A stretch of 64,000 nucleotides of DNA from Rebecca billardiae RCC1528 (Eukaryota; Protista; Haptophyta). The translations under genes and the position numbers were made by a program. Under the pieces are notes generated by a model. It was not told the DNA's origin. It saw nothing but the letters and a program-made list of their open reading frames with translations, and ran no database searches. The DNA lies in assembly GCA_965240325.2 (NCBI GenBank), contig OZ251251.1, positions 372,001 to 436,000 on the forward strand, written 5' to 3'. Each line of letters starts with the position of its first letter. Within the stretch, counting starts at the first letter, position 1. Shown in pieces: positions 48,833 to 61,400 of this stretch.

Positions 48833-50756
48833 ATGATGGCGGCGGCGGCGACGGTCGCACACCGCGCATTGGCCAGCGGAACGCTGCTCCTGCTGCTCGC
48901 CCCGCTGGCGGGCGGGCGCTCACCAGGGCCTGCCGTCAGTGGGCACGTCGGCAACCAGCTGTACCTGTACTCAGACGCGTGCATCTACCCGCACGAGCAC
49001 GTGGGCATGCCATACCTCGAGAACACGTCGCCGGCACTGCATGTGCACGTCTTTGACGACGTCGCGCGAGCGCGGGCGGCCGCGGCTATGGGCCGCCAGC
49101 GCGCGCCAGATGGGGAGGCGATCGTATCGACGGTGCGCAACAAATGGCCGCGCTGGAACGGCACGCGTTGGGGCCAGCAGCTGGAGATCCACCACCACGC
49201 CGCCCAGCAGCTCCAGGGCAGGGCGCACGTGTGGTCGAGGGCGCCCGCGCTCGTGCTCATCAGCGGCACGCTCGAGGACAACCTCTACCACGTCCTCTGG
49301 GACGGCTTCCTGCACGCGGCTGCGCACGTCGCCTTCTTGCGCAACTACACGGCCGACAGCTACGTGCGGAGCGCTGTCGCCAACAGCACGCGCGGAAAGG
49401 CAAAGCAACGACGGCTGCTCCCGGCACTCAACCTGAACAGGCGCACACGCGCAGAGCGGCGAGGGCGCCAGCAGTTCGGGCGGTACGACGTGCTGCTGCA
49501 AGGCATTGGGCTGAAGCCGCCGCTCAGCCACAGGGAGATGCTCACCCCGCACGCAGCCGAGCAGCTCGAGATGATGATCAGCTCTGCGAGCACACTTGCG
49601 ACCCCGCTGAGCACACTGTGGTGCTTCCGCCGCATTATCGCCGCCCTCGCGGCCCCTACAATGAGCCAGCCCTCGGTCGCAGTACACTGGCCGCCGTCTC
49701 GCTTTCTCATGCACGGCGCCATGCGTGCGTGGGGCCTGCGCTGCCCCGGCCATCGCCCGCACGGGGGCATGTACACGCCGAGGCAGGTGGCCAACATCAG
49801 CCTCCTCGACCGCACGCACGGCCGCACGCTGCAGAACCTGGACACCATCGTCGGCGCCATCAGCAAGGAGGTGGGCTCCATGGCGATGATAAACGTCGTG
49901 CTGCCCGAGCGGCTCACCCTCCGCCAGCAGCTCGTCCTCTTCTACTGCCACACCGACATCCTCGTCGGGCGACATGGTGCTGGGCTTGGGTGGGCGCATG
50001 CCATGGCACGCACTCGTGCAGGGCTGGAAGTCGAGCTGCGCAGCCGGCCGGTACTCAACACCTCGTGGATGGCGGGACGGCCATTCACGCCGGGGCTACT
50101 CGAGCTGCGCGGTCACTGGGTGACACACCGTTCTCTGTGCGTGCACCCACCCAGCGCCAGTGATGACTATCATCACAGCCGCAGCCGCAGCCGCCACGCG
50201 CGGTACATGACGCGGCGTCATGAACAACACGCGCCTGATCGAGTGATCAGCTGGCTCACTCGCTCCGATGCACCCCCTCTGGCCGCCCGGCCGTGCGTCC
50301 GCTTGGTGCATGCGCAGGTACAACGAGATTGAAGGCGTGCGCCACACGTCAGTGCGGCAGTGGCGCTTGCAGGCTGCTCGAGGCGTGCAGGCCGACGCAC
50401 TGGCAGCGCACCTGGCAGTGGTACGTGCCAACGGCCTGCCATTGCCGAGCGACAATGTCGTCGCTCACGAATTCCTCTCCCGGACGCTCGGTCTCGACGT
50501 TGACAGGGCCACTGCCACGGAGCAGCAGTGCCGCCAGGTGCGCAGCATGGTGCTGAAGGACCTCCCCAAAGGCGATAGCCTGACACCTGAGCAAGAGGCT
50601 GAGCTCGATATCAACACGAAGCTGCGCCACTGGCTGCTCAAGTTCATGCCGGGCACATTCTCTGCTGAGCGCACTGCCTCACGCGTGCACGCGCTCCTAC
50701 GTGGCGGCGGCAATTCGACCGCGTCAGCGTACCACGGCACGACGACGAGCAGATGA
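48833..50756 (+). CDS. GT61 (DUF563)-like glycosyltransferase, 2 exons
   Basis: Signal peptide; NLYHVLWD, LLDRTHGRTLQNLD and LTLRQQLVLFYCHTDILVGRHGAGL motifs; intron 50203-50317 restores the frame. Confidence 0.78.
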
Positions 50757-51888
50757 TGATGACGACGACGATATTTTGACGCGTCAGAGCCAGTGAACAC
50801 CCGCCACGTTCTTATATATTGGGCTCGTTGGACGTTATTCCGGGCCTTGGGGCTTGGGCTCGTTGGACGCGCCCGGCTTGCTAAGGTGCACACCGGTCAG
50901 CTGGTCAGCAGCCGCCGATGTCATCGTCGGCCGCTGTCCGCGACACACTCAACTCAGCTACGTACCGGGCAAGCCGAATGAATAATGACCGCGTTCCGCG
51001 GTCCTTTCGTAGAACCAACGTAGTTAGGGGCCCGCGGTGCCGACTCTCTAGTCTCTGTCGGCTGCTACTACTAAGAGCCATATATATATATATATATATA
51101 TGTATTTATTGTATCGTCATACGACGCTGTCTGTCATATAATATATTATTATAGTCTGACCGTCGGTGCCACAGCCAACCAACAGTTCGCCTGTGAGCAG
51201 TGCCACTACTCACTCAGTTGCCTGCCCACTCCGGGCCCGGGCTGCGGCCCGGGGGCTGAGCGAGGACTCTGGATCGCCGATGGCGATACCGGGCCAGTCC
51301 GGCGATTTAACTACTGCCGCATGGGCCATGCCACGTCAAGCCTCAAGAGTCAAGGCTCCGGCTCGCAGCGGCACGTCGGCTTGCCTCGGCAACTCGGCCG
51401 GGGCCGATGGCGATGCCCGATGCCGATGGCGATGCCGATGGCAGCCCGGGGCCGCCACGCCCCGGACCGGAATGGCTGCGCGGCTAGTCCGCCGCGACCC
51501 CGGGGGCCGCCCGGCGCCACGGCGGGGTGACGGCCAGCCCCGGAGGCGGTTGCGACCAGTCCCTCGAGTAAGTAACACTAATACCAGGCTCGGCTGACAC
51601 CCGGCTGATCGTTGTGAGTCGTCTGCGCCCGTTGCTAAGCTAGTGATTCGGATTGACCGCGTCGTAGAACTTTCACAGCTGCCCGTGCCGTTTCCGTTTA
51701 TGCCCGGAGGCCGCCAACTAGCTAGCCGCTGAATTTCAGCCAATCGAGGCGCTGCGGCGGCGCGGCCTAGAACCGAGCTAGTTAGAGTATGATTGACCGA
51801 TCCGGACAGCGGGCACTGAGAGCGGGCGCCAGTCAACGTCGGAGAAATCAATAAAACGGAGCCACCGCACACCAAGACATCTGACATG

Positions 51889-52152
51889 CACGTCGAGGTC
51901 GCCCGATCGCGCTCGGCTCCGCGGCGAGCCCCCGGCCCGGGCACTCGGCGTCGGACTGGAGCGGGCCTGCGCGCCGCGGCAGCGCGCGGCGCGCGGCGCG
52001 CAGCGCGCGGCGGGGACTGTCACTTGTCAGTCGTCTCAGACTCTGACCACTGACACGTCGAGGTCGTCATCGCGCTCGGCTCCGCGGCGAGCCCGCCGGG
52101 CACTGACTGGAGCGGGCCTGCGCGCCGCGGCAGCGAGCGGCGCGCAGCGCGG
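51889..52152. repeat. Tandem duplication, ~165-bp period, inside H2
   Basis: CACGTCGAGGTCG...ATCGCGCTCGGCTCCGCGGCGAGCCC...GACTGGAGCGGGCCTGCGCGCCGCGGCAGCG at 51889 and 52054. Confidence 0.85.
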
Positions 52153-52752
52153 TGGCGGCGGCGCGGAGTCTCGGGGCAGCGCACGCGCAGGGTGCGTGAA
52201 TGAATCTTGCAGCAGCTGCAGGTTGTGCGGCTCCGTCGAGCCCATCGTCGCGACGCGAAGGACAGTAGACGAAGACCAGCTTGAGTGAGCACGGCCTGCG
52301 AAGTGCGAGCGAGTCGACCGGGAACAGTCACGGGTCGCGAGTGCCACTCGCCCAGAAGCGACGTCTGCGTGGGGTGCGCGTCGGGCAGGCCCAAGAAGAT
52401 GCGCAGCATCATGTTCAGGCCCACTAGGCCCAGCGCCTCGATCACCACCTGCTTCTTCGCTGTGTTGATCATCTTCACTGCCGCGGTTCGCGCCGAGTTT
52501 GACTGGCGGCCGCACGCCCCGGCGGCGGGCGCGGCCCGTGCGCTCGCCGTCCTGACGCGGCGGCGGTCCTGGATGCACTGCGGCACCTGGCCTGAACCCG
52601 CGTGCCACGCCACGCGCCGCCGCCGGGCGAGGCGTCGGCGGCGGCCGCCTCCGCCGCCCACGCGGCACGTCGCGCCATCTATCTGGTGCGAGCACCACGG
52701 TCCTGAGCAACCGCTTCAAAATCAAATAGCCTGATCGAGTACCCCCATAAAT

Positions 52753-53053
52753 TAAGATCGAATGGAGCAGATAGATAGCGATTACGGTTATCTTTGTTTT
52801 GGCAATAATCAGAACTACACGACGAGATAATAGCGCGCGTTTACGGCGATCTCCATTAGCGGTCGTAGCTCCCGTAGCTCCAATTAACGGTTTTGCTGGG
52901 ATCCTTCGCGTAAGATCGAATGGAGATAGATAGTGATCACGGTTATCTCTGCTTCGGCAAGAATCGAAACCAAACGAGATAATAGCGTTTACGGCGATCT
53001 CCATTAGGTCGTAGCTCCCGTAGCTCCAATTAAACGGTTTTGCTGGGATCCTT
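52753..53053. repeat. Tandem duplication, 158-bp period, AT-richer, inside H2
   Basis: TAAGATCGAATGGAG...GTTTACGGCGATCTCCATTAG...CGGTTTTGCTGGGATCCTT at 52753-52906 and 52911-53053. Confidence 0.9.
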
Positions 53054-53793
53054 ATTATAACAAGTTTTTGACTCGAAACAATCAAACGTCACTCGGCAAA
53101 CTCGTACTCCAGCATACACGAAAGACAGGAATACTCACTTGTTTCACCCCCGGGTATCTGATCCCACGTCCGTCCATCGACATACGGCGAATTGGCGGGC
53201 GCGCTTATTTCGTCAATGCGTCTTGCTAATGCAGAGCAATGGGCCAATGTACCCCTCGAAAAAGCGAAAACTCACCCTCCAACAGCCCTTAAAATCGTCC
53301 ACCGTCCCCCTTTCTTTGATCAAAAGATCTTTTTGACAACGTAGTGAGGGCCCTCGGCGAGGGCTGCACGCTACGCGCTCCGCCCTGCACCGCGGGCCAT
53401 GATGCATGAGAATAATATATATATATATACATATATATATATAAATAAACTGTGCCCTGGCGGGGCGGGGGTGTCCCGGGCAGGCCGTGCCAGTGCTGTC
53501 GCAATGTTTCCTCTGCGGGTTTGCGTCTTTATTTCACATGCGCTCGTGGCCGTGGGTGACGGACAGTCGGACCAGTGGCAGTGACACCTGAAGTTCTCCC
53601 ACTGCGGGCACTGGCGTGTAGCTACCGGTAGAGTTGAGTGTCAGCAAGCCTGTGATCCGGGCGCCGCCGCGCGTTCAAGTTGCCGCCGCGGCGCGGCCGG
53701 CTCTTGCGCCGCCGCAGCAGCGCGTCGTCCGCAGACCTGTGTCGTGACCGTCGAACGAGCGGATCCGCCGATGCCTCCGAGACGCGCCGATGC

Positions 53794-53836
<43 letters not shown>

Positions 53837-54343
53837 TTGGCCGGCGGCAGGCCGTCCGGCCTGACCGACGCGCGGGCAGTTCCGAATCCGGCTAGTGCGG
53901 CCTGAACCGGAGAATAACTGGCTACGGCTGGAGCCAACACGCGGTATAGTGCGCATGCAGTCTCATCAGCAGCGGCCGCTGCTGATGATGCTACATTGCC
54001 AGCCCAAGCTAGCTAGGCAGAGCTCTCCTCGTCCGCGACTGCGAGGCTGCGGTGACGGGTGATGATGATCGGCTGTGACTGAGACCGCGTCGGACGCGGA
54101 GTGAACCGCACGGTACTGGCAGTGCCTCGGGCAGGCTTGGCACGAGTGCCTGGCACCGCAGTGCGGGGCCGCACGGAGTGCGGGGTCCGCGCGCCCTGCG
54201 CCGATCAGCCGCGGTCGTCGGCGGCAGACGTGGCACTGGGCCTGGCGCAGAGCCTCCTTCGCCCTGCGTAGCCTGCCTGCCGCCTGAGCACTCTGTTGCA
54301 GACGGTCGAGAGGAGCGACGGTTGGTGCGGGTGCGGCGTGGGC

Positions 54344-54970
54344 TCAGGACGCGGCTCTGACCTCGGCGTTCTTTCCGGGGACCGTCGCCAGCTGCTTCCT
54401 GCCCTTCACCTTGAGGAACACCTCGTACGCCTCGCGCGAGCCGTGCTCCTTGAGCCGCTTGGCGCGGAACTTTTCGTCCGTGTCAAACGACGCGAGCTTG
54501 GAGTCGACCCACTTGTTGACCTCCTGCTCGTACCGCGCCATCGACTCGCGCGTGCGCCCCTCGATCTCCAGCAGCTCCACGTCGAAGACGAGATCTGCGT
54601 TGGGCGGCACGATCCCCCCGCCGCCGCCCGCCTCGCCGTACGCGAGCTGCGCCGGGATCGTGAGCAGCGCGCGCTCGCCGAGCGTCATCTTGAGGACGCC
54701 CATCTCGCAGCCCTTGATGACCTGGTCCTCGCCGATGCGGAAGCGAATGGGCTTCTTCCCAGACGTGCGCGAGCTGTCGAACGTCTTCCCCGAGCTCTTC
54801 AGCGTGCCGATGTAGTGCGCGGTCACGAGTGAGCCCGCGACCGGGCGCGTGATGCCGTTACCCGGCTTGAGCACCTCGTGCGAAATGTTGGCGGGCTTCT
54901 CGGCCGCTGGGGCGGCTGCTGCCACTGCGGGCGCGCCCTCGGTGTCCCCCTTCGCTTCCTCTGCCGGCAT
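54344..54970 (-). CDS. FKBP-type peptidyl-prolyl isomerase with C-terminal extension
   Basis: VTAHYIGTL, FDSSR, VIKGCEMGV and AYGEAG...IVPPNADLVFDVELL. Confidence 0.95.
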   Translation of the reverse strand: MPAEEAKGDTEGAPAVAAAAPAAEKPANISHEVLKPGNGITRPVAGSLVTAHYIGTLKSSGKTFDSSRTSGKKPIRFRIGEDQVIKGCEMGVLKMTLGERALLTIPAQLAYGEAGGGGGIVPPNADLVFDVELLEIEGRTRESMARYEQEVNKWVDSKLASFDTDEKFRAKRLKEHGSREAYEVFLKVKGRKQLATVPGKNAEVRAAS

Positions 54971-55466
54971 CGCTGTGGTGCGCGCGCGCCGCCGGTCGCC
55001 TGTGGCAGGAGGTGGCACGCCACCCTCTGGCTGGGCTGTCTGGCTAATGACCGCGCGGTCGTAACTCGTAGCCGGACGGCAATAAATGACGAGCCGGCCG
55101 CGGTGTCCGGTGCTGCGCGCGCGCATAGGTCTCAAATCCTTCGCGTGGTTGGAATCCTGGCGGTATCTCTACCTCCCGGACTCTCCTTGGTCACCGGCTG
55201 CTGCTGTTTCGGCCGAGCGGCCACAAAAAAACGAACACACTTCTCGCGGGCGGGAAAAGGAAAACAGCGCGGAAGATCAAACGCCAAACGCTCGGCTTTC
55301 CGCCGCCGCGCGGCGCCCTCGCGAGCGGAGTCGCGGCACGTTCAAGCGCGCCGCCCACACTGGCCGCCGCTGCGCGCAACAGCAGTGTGGCTGCCTGCTC
55401 GGCTGGGCCGAGCGACCGGGCGGCGCTCTCGCGCGACCGACAGCCGCGCGGTCGAGCTAGCTACAC

Positions 55467-58400
55467 ATGGACGGCGGCTTCCGCCGACGGAGCCTGGGGC
55501 CGCCGCGGGAGTGGCCGCCGCCGGGCTCCACTCTGCCCGCGCCGCACCAGCCCACGCCCGCCGCGGCCGCGCGCTCCGAGCGTGCGCCGCAGCAGCAGGC
55601 CTCCCCTCTCTGCGCGGCCGCGGCGGCCGCGGCGGCCGAGCTGGAGGGCCCAGCGGAGGTGCCGGCTCGGCGCGCGGCAGTTCGATCGTTTAGCCTCTCC
55701 GCCGTCGACGCGCGCGCGCACGACCTCCAGCGCCGCGCCGCGAGCGAGGACGACGCGGCGGCCGCGCACGCGGCCGCGCTCTCAGGCCAAGCGCTGGCCG
55801 GTCCGGCCACGCTCGCGTCGCCTCGGCCGGCGGCGGCGGGCGATGCGCGCGGCGTGCCGGCGCCCATGCCCGTGCCGGCTGCACGCGCGCCGCCGCCGCC
55901 GCCGCTGCGCCTGGCCGCCACCGGCGTCGCGGGCCGCGGCGGCGCGCGCGGCGCGCCTCCGCGCGGCCAGACGCCTGAGGCGGCGGCGGAGGAGGAGGCG
56001 GAGGCGGCGGCGGAGGAGGAGGCGGAGGACCACGCGGCGGTGGCGAAGGCGAGCGCGGCGCTCGTCGCGGCGGCGATGGGCGCGCGCCTCTCCCCCGACG
56101 CCTCCGCCGCCCGCCGCCCCATGATCTCCGCCGCGCTCGTCGACGCGGCCGCGCGGCGCGCGGAGCACGTCGAGCTGTCGCACCGGCTGTGGCTGTGGGC
56201 GCGCGCGGCGCGCGAGGCGCGGCTGGGCGCGCGGCTGGGCGCGGGCGTGCGCGCGCGCGCGCGCGCGCTGCTGGCGTGGCGCGCGCTGCGCGCGTGGGCC
56301 GACGGCGCGGCGCACGCCTCCGCGCTCGCCGCGCGCGCCTCCGCGCTGCCGGCGCTGCTGCAGCCGCTGCGCCGTCTGCTGCGCTGGTGGGTGCGCGCGC
56401 GCGCCGCGGCCGCGCTCGCGCGCGGCGCGCGGCTGCACGCGAGCGCGCGCGCGCTCGCGCGGTGGCGCGTGGGGCTGCGCGAGCGCGCGCGGCGCTCGGC
56501 GCTCGAGCACGCCGGCGCGGCGCGCGCGCACGACGCGCGCGACGCGGCGGCCGTGCGCGCCTTCGAGGCGTGGGCGCGCGCGGCCGCGGCGGGCGCGCAC
56601 GCGCGCAACACGACGCGAGCGTGGCTCGGCGTGCGCGCCGGCCGCGCGCTGCGCCGGTGGTGGGCGCGCGCGACGACGCGGCGGCGCGACCGGCGCGCGC
56701 TCGCCGAGCTCTCGACGCACGCCACGCGCCGCGGCCTCGGCGCCCACGCCGAGGCGTGGCGCGCCCGCGCCGCCGCGCGCGCGCGCGCGCGCCGCGTCGG
56801 CCGGCGTGCTGCGCGCGCGATCGCGCATCGGCGCTCGCGCGGCGCGCTCGCGCAGTGGGTGGGCGCGTACGGCGCGGCGGCGCGGAGCGCGGAGGTGCAC
56901 GAGCTCACGCGGCTGCGCGCAGAGGTGGTCGGCGTCGCGCGCGCGCTCGCCGAGTGGCACGCCGCCGCCGCCGAGCTCCTCCACCTCCGGCGCGGCGTGG
57001 GCGCGCTCGGCGCGCCTCCACTCGGCCGCGCGTGGCGCGCGTGGGCGCGCGCGGTCGGCGCGCGCGCGCTCTCGCGCGGCGCGGTGGAGGCGGCGGCGGG
57101 GTACGAGCGGTGGCGGCTGCTCGCGCGCGCGTTCGGCGGGTGGGCCGACATCGGGTACGACCCGGTCGACTCGCCCTCCAAGCTCGCCACCCTCGGCCGC
57201 GGCGCCTCCGCGCACGGCGCCCTCCGGCTCTCGTGGGCCGGCTGGCGCGGCCGCGCTCTCGGCTGGGGCATCGCCGCGCAGTCGCGCCGGCAGCTGCTCG
57301 GCGCGGCGCTGCTCACGTGGCGGCTGGGGCTCGGCGCGGGCGCGGAGGCGGCGGCGGCGATGGCGACGATGGCCGAGTACGGCGCGCACACCGACTGCGC
57401 CCGCGCGTGGCGCGCGTGGCGCGCGTGGCGCGCCGCGCGCGCGCTCGCGCGCCGCGCGGCCGACGGCGCAGACGCGGCCGCGGCGCGCGACGCGCTCGGC
57501 GCGTGGCGGCGCGCGCGCGGCGCCGCGCGCACGGCGCACACGCGGCTCGAGCGCGCGGGGCGCACGTGGGCGGGCGGCGCGCTGGGCGGCTCGTGGCGCG
57601 ACTGGCGCGCCTCCACCCACGCCGCGCACCACGCCCTCCTCGCCGCCTACCGCTTCATGCACGCGGGCGCGGGCCGCGCGCTCGGCGCGTGGGCGGCGCG
57701 CGCGGCCGAGGATGCGCGCGCGCGCGCCGCGCTGCGCGCCGGGCTGCTCGGCCGGCTCGAGGGCGCGTTCGGCGCGTGGCGCGAGGGTGCGGCGTCGGCG
57801 CACGGCGAGCGCGGCGGGCTGCGCGCCGCCGCGCTCGCGTGGGCCGGCGGCGCGCTCGGCGCCTCGTGGGCCGAGTGGACGGCGGAGGGGCGGCGGCGCG
57901 GCGCAGCGCGGCGCGCGGCGGCGCGCGCGCTCGCGCTCGGCGCGGCGCGCGCGCTCGGCGCGTGGCGCGAGCGGCTGGCGGAGGAGCGGCGGTTCCTCGA
58001 GGCGAGCGTGCGGCTGTTCCTCGCGGAGCAGCGCGTCGCGTTCCGCGCGTGGCGCCGCTCCGCGCTGCCCGACGCGCTGCTCCTCCGCCGCGGCGCGGCG
58101 GGCTTTGTCTTTGGCGCGGTGCTCGGCTCGTGGCGCTGGTGGGCGCGCGCGCGCGCGATCGCGCGCGCCGCGCGCCGGCTCGCGCCGCGGATGGCGACGC
58201 GCGCGCAGCGCGGCGCGTTCGACGCGTGGGCGCCGCACGCGCACACGAACCTGCTGCTCCGCCGCGGCGGCGCGGGCTTCGCCCACGCCGCGCTCGGCCG
58301 CGCGCAGCGCACGTGGGCGGCCGAGGCGGCCCTCTTTCGCGCCGCGCGCGCCGCCGCGCCGCGGCTGGTGCACGGCAGCGCGGCGCGCGCGCTCGGCGCG

Positions 58401-61400
58401 TGGCGCGGCGGCGTGGAGGCGGAGCGGCGGTTCCTCGAGGCGAGCGTGCGGCTGTTCCTCGCGGAGCAGCGCGTGGCGTTCCGCGCGTGGCGCCGCTCCG
58501 CGCTGCCCGACGCGCTGCTGCTCCGCCGCGGCGCGGCGGGCTTTGTCTTTGGCGCGGTGCTCGGCTCGTGGCGCTGGTGGGCGCGCGCGCGCGCGATCGC
58601 GCGCGCCGCGCGCCGGCTCGCGCCGCGCATGGCGACGCGCGCGCAGCGCGGCGCGTTCGACGCGTGGGCGCCGCACGCGCACACGGGCCTGCTGCTCCGC
58701 CGCGGCGGCGCGGGCTTCGCCCACGCCGCGCTCGGCCGCGCGCAGCGCACGTGGGCCGCCGACGCCGCGCTGTGGCGCGGGCTGCGCCGCGCCGCGCCTC
58801 GCTTTGCGTACGGCGCCGCGGCGCGCGCGTACGCCGGGTGGGCGGACGCGGCGGCGCTGGGGCGCGCGGCGAGCCGGCTGCGCCCGCTCGTGGCGACGCG
58901 CGCGCTGCGCGGCGCGTTCGGCGCGTGGGCGCCCCACGCGCACACCGGCCTGCTCCTCCGCCGCGGCGGCGCGGGCTTTTCGCACGGCGCGCTCGGCCGC
59001 GCGCAGCGCGCGTGGCGCGCCGAGGCGGCGCGCGCGGCGGCGCTGCGGCGCGCGCTCCCGCGCTTCCTGCACGGCGGCGTGGCGCGCGCGTACGCCGGGT
59101 GGGCGGACGCGGCGCGCGCGGTGCGGCTGATGCGCGCGGCGCGCGCCGGCTTCGCGCACGCCGCCGAGGCGCGCGCGTGGCGCGCGTGGCGCGCCGCGCG
59201 CGACGGCGCGCGCGCGGCCGAGCGCGCGGCCGCGGCCGTGCGCGCGCGCGCGCTCGGCCGCCCGCTCGCCACGTGGCGCGGCGCGGCGGCGGCGGCGCGG
59301 CGGCTGCGGCGCGGCGCGCACGGCTGGCTCGGCCGCGCGCTCGGCCCGTCCTGGCGCGCCTGGCGCGACGAGGAGGCCTTCGCCCGCGCGCGCCTCCTCA
59401 CCGCGCTGACCGTCTACAGCGCGGCCGCGGCGCGCGCGTTTAGGCGTTGGGCGGCGGGCGCGGGCGCGGGCGCGCGCGCGGCGCGCGCCGCGGCGCGGCG
59501 CTGGGCGGCGGGCTCGCTCGGCGCGAGCTGGGCGGCGTGGGTGGCGGAGGAGGCGCGGCTGCGGCTGCTGCTCCGCGCCGTCGGCCGCGCGCGCCACCGC
59601 GAGTCCGCGCGCGCCTTCGAGCGCTGGGCGCCGCTCGCGCCGCAGCGCGCGCGGCTGCGGCGCGCGCGCCTCGCGGGCGCGCGCTCGGCCGCGCGCGCCG
59701 CGCTCGCGCGCTGGCGCGGCGCGAGCGGCGCGAAGCGCGGCGCGGTGGGCGCGAGCCGCGCGGCGGCGCTCGCGTGGGCGGGCGGCGCGCTCGGCGCCTC
59801 GTGGGCCGAGTGGACCGCCGCCTCCGCGCGCCGCGCCTCCGCGCGCACCGTCGCGGCGCGCGCGCTCGCGCGCGCCGCCACGGCCGCGCTCGGCGCGTGG
59901 CGCGGCGGCGTGGAGGCGGAGCGGCGGTTCCTCGAGGCGAGCGTGCGGCTGTTCCGCGCGGAGCAGCGCGTGGCGTTCCGCGCGTGGCGCCGCTCCGCGC
60001 TGCCCGACGCGCTGCTGCTCCGCCGCGGCGCGGCGGGCTTTGTCTTTGGCGCGGTGCTCGGCTCGTGGCGCTGGTGGGCGCGCGCGCGCGGCTACGCGCG
60101 CGCCGCGCGCCGGCTCGCGCCGCGCATGGCGACGCGCGCGCAGCGCGGCGCGTTCGACGCGTGGGCGCCGCACGCGCACACGGGCCTGCTGCTCCGCCGC
60201 GGCGGCGCGGGCTTCGCGCACGCCGCGCTCGGCCGCGCGCAGCGCACGTGGGCGGCCGAGGCGGCCCTCTTCCGCGCCGCGCGCGCCGCCGCGCCGCGGC
60301 TGGTGCACGGCAGCGCGGCGCGCGCGCTCGGCGCGTGGCGCGGCGCCGCCGACGCGTCGCGCGCGCGCGCGCGGCTGCTGCGCGCGGGGCACGCGGCGTT
60401 CTCGCGCGGCGGCGAGGCGCGCGCGCTGCGCGCGTGGCGCGGCGCGCTGCTCGACCGCGTGCGGCTGCGCCGCCGCGCCGCCGCCGGCTTCGCGCGCGCC
60501 CACCTCCTCGGCTCGTGGGCGCACTGGCTGCGCAGCCGCGCGCTGCACCGCGCGCGCAGCCGCGTGTGGGCGCGCGTGGGCGCGCGCGCGCGCCAGCTCG
60601 CGTTCGGCGAGTGGCGCGCGCAGCGCGAGCTGGGCGTGCTGCTGCGCCGCGGCGCGTCGCGCTTCGCGCAGCGCGCGCTCGCCGCCTCGTGGGCCTCGTG
60701 GGACGAGGCCGCGCTGCTGCACCACGCGACGGCCCTCGCCGCGACCGCCTTCCTGCGGCCGGCGAGCGCGCGCGCGCTGCGCCGCTGGGCGGCGGCGGCG
60801 GCGGCGCGGCCGGCGCTGCGCGTGGCGACGCTGCGCTGGGCGCGCGGCGCGCTGGGAACGTCGTGGTCGGCGTGGTGCGCGACGGCGTACCTGCACTCCG
60901 CGGCGCGCGGCGCGGCCGCCGTGCTCGCGCGCCCGCGCTCCGCCGCCGCGCTGCGCGCGTGGCGCGGCGCGGCGGCCGACGCGGCCGCGCGCCGCCGCGC
61001 CGCGGCCGGCTGGCGGCACGGCGCGGCGGCGCGCGCGTGGCGCGCGCTCGCCGGCGCGACGGAGGGCGAGCGCGTGGCGCTCGGCGCGATCCTCGCGTGG
61101 GCGCAGCGCGCGCGGCGCGCCGCGCTGCGCGCGTGGGCCGCGCGCGCGCTCCCCGCCGCCGCCGCCCTCCGCCTCGGCGCGGCGGGGTTTGCGCGCGGCG
61201 GCGCGCGCGCCGCCTGGGCGCACTGGGCGGCCGAGCGGCGGCGCGCGCGCGCGCTGCGGCGCGCGCTGCCGCGGCTGTGGGCGCGCGAGCTGGGCGCGGC
61301 GTGGGCGGCGTGGGCGCCGGCGGTGGGCGTGGCCGCGCGCGTGCGCCGCGGCCTGCGCGGCGCCGCGCGCTCCTCGCTCGCGCGCGCGCACGCCACGTGG

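Larger units (their letters stand above)
50981..53400 (-). mobile_element. Helitron2/Helentron-like non-autonomous element H2
   Basis: Same AATAATGACCGCGTTCCGCGGTCCTTT end as H1; 12-bp asymmetric IR at 51029-51040 / 53387-53398; shared GATCAAA(A)GATCTTTTTGA...CGCGCTCCGCCCTGCACCGCGGGCCAT end. Confidence 0.65.
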
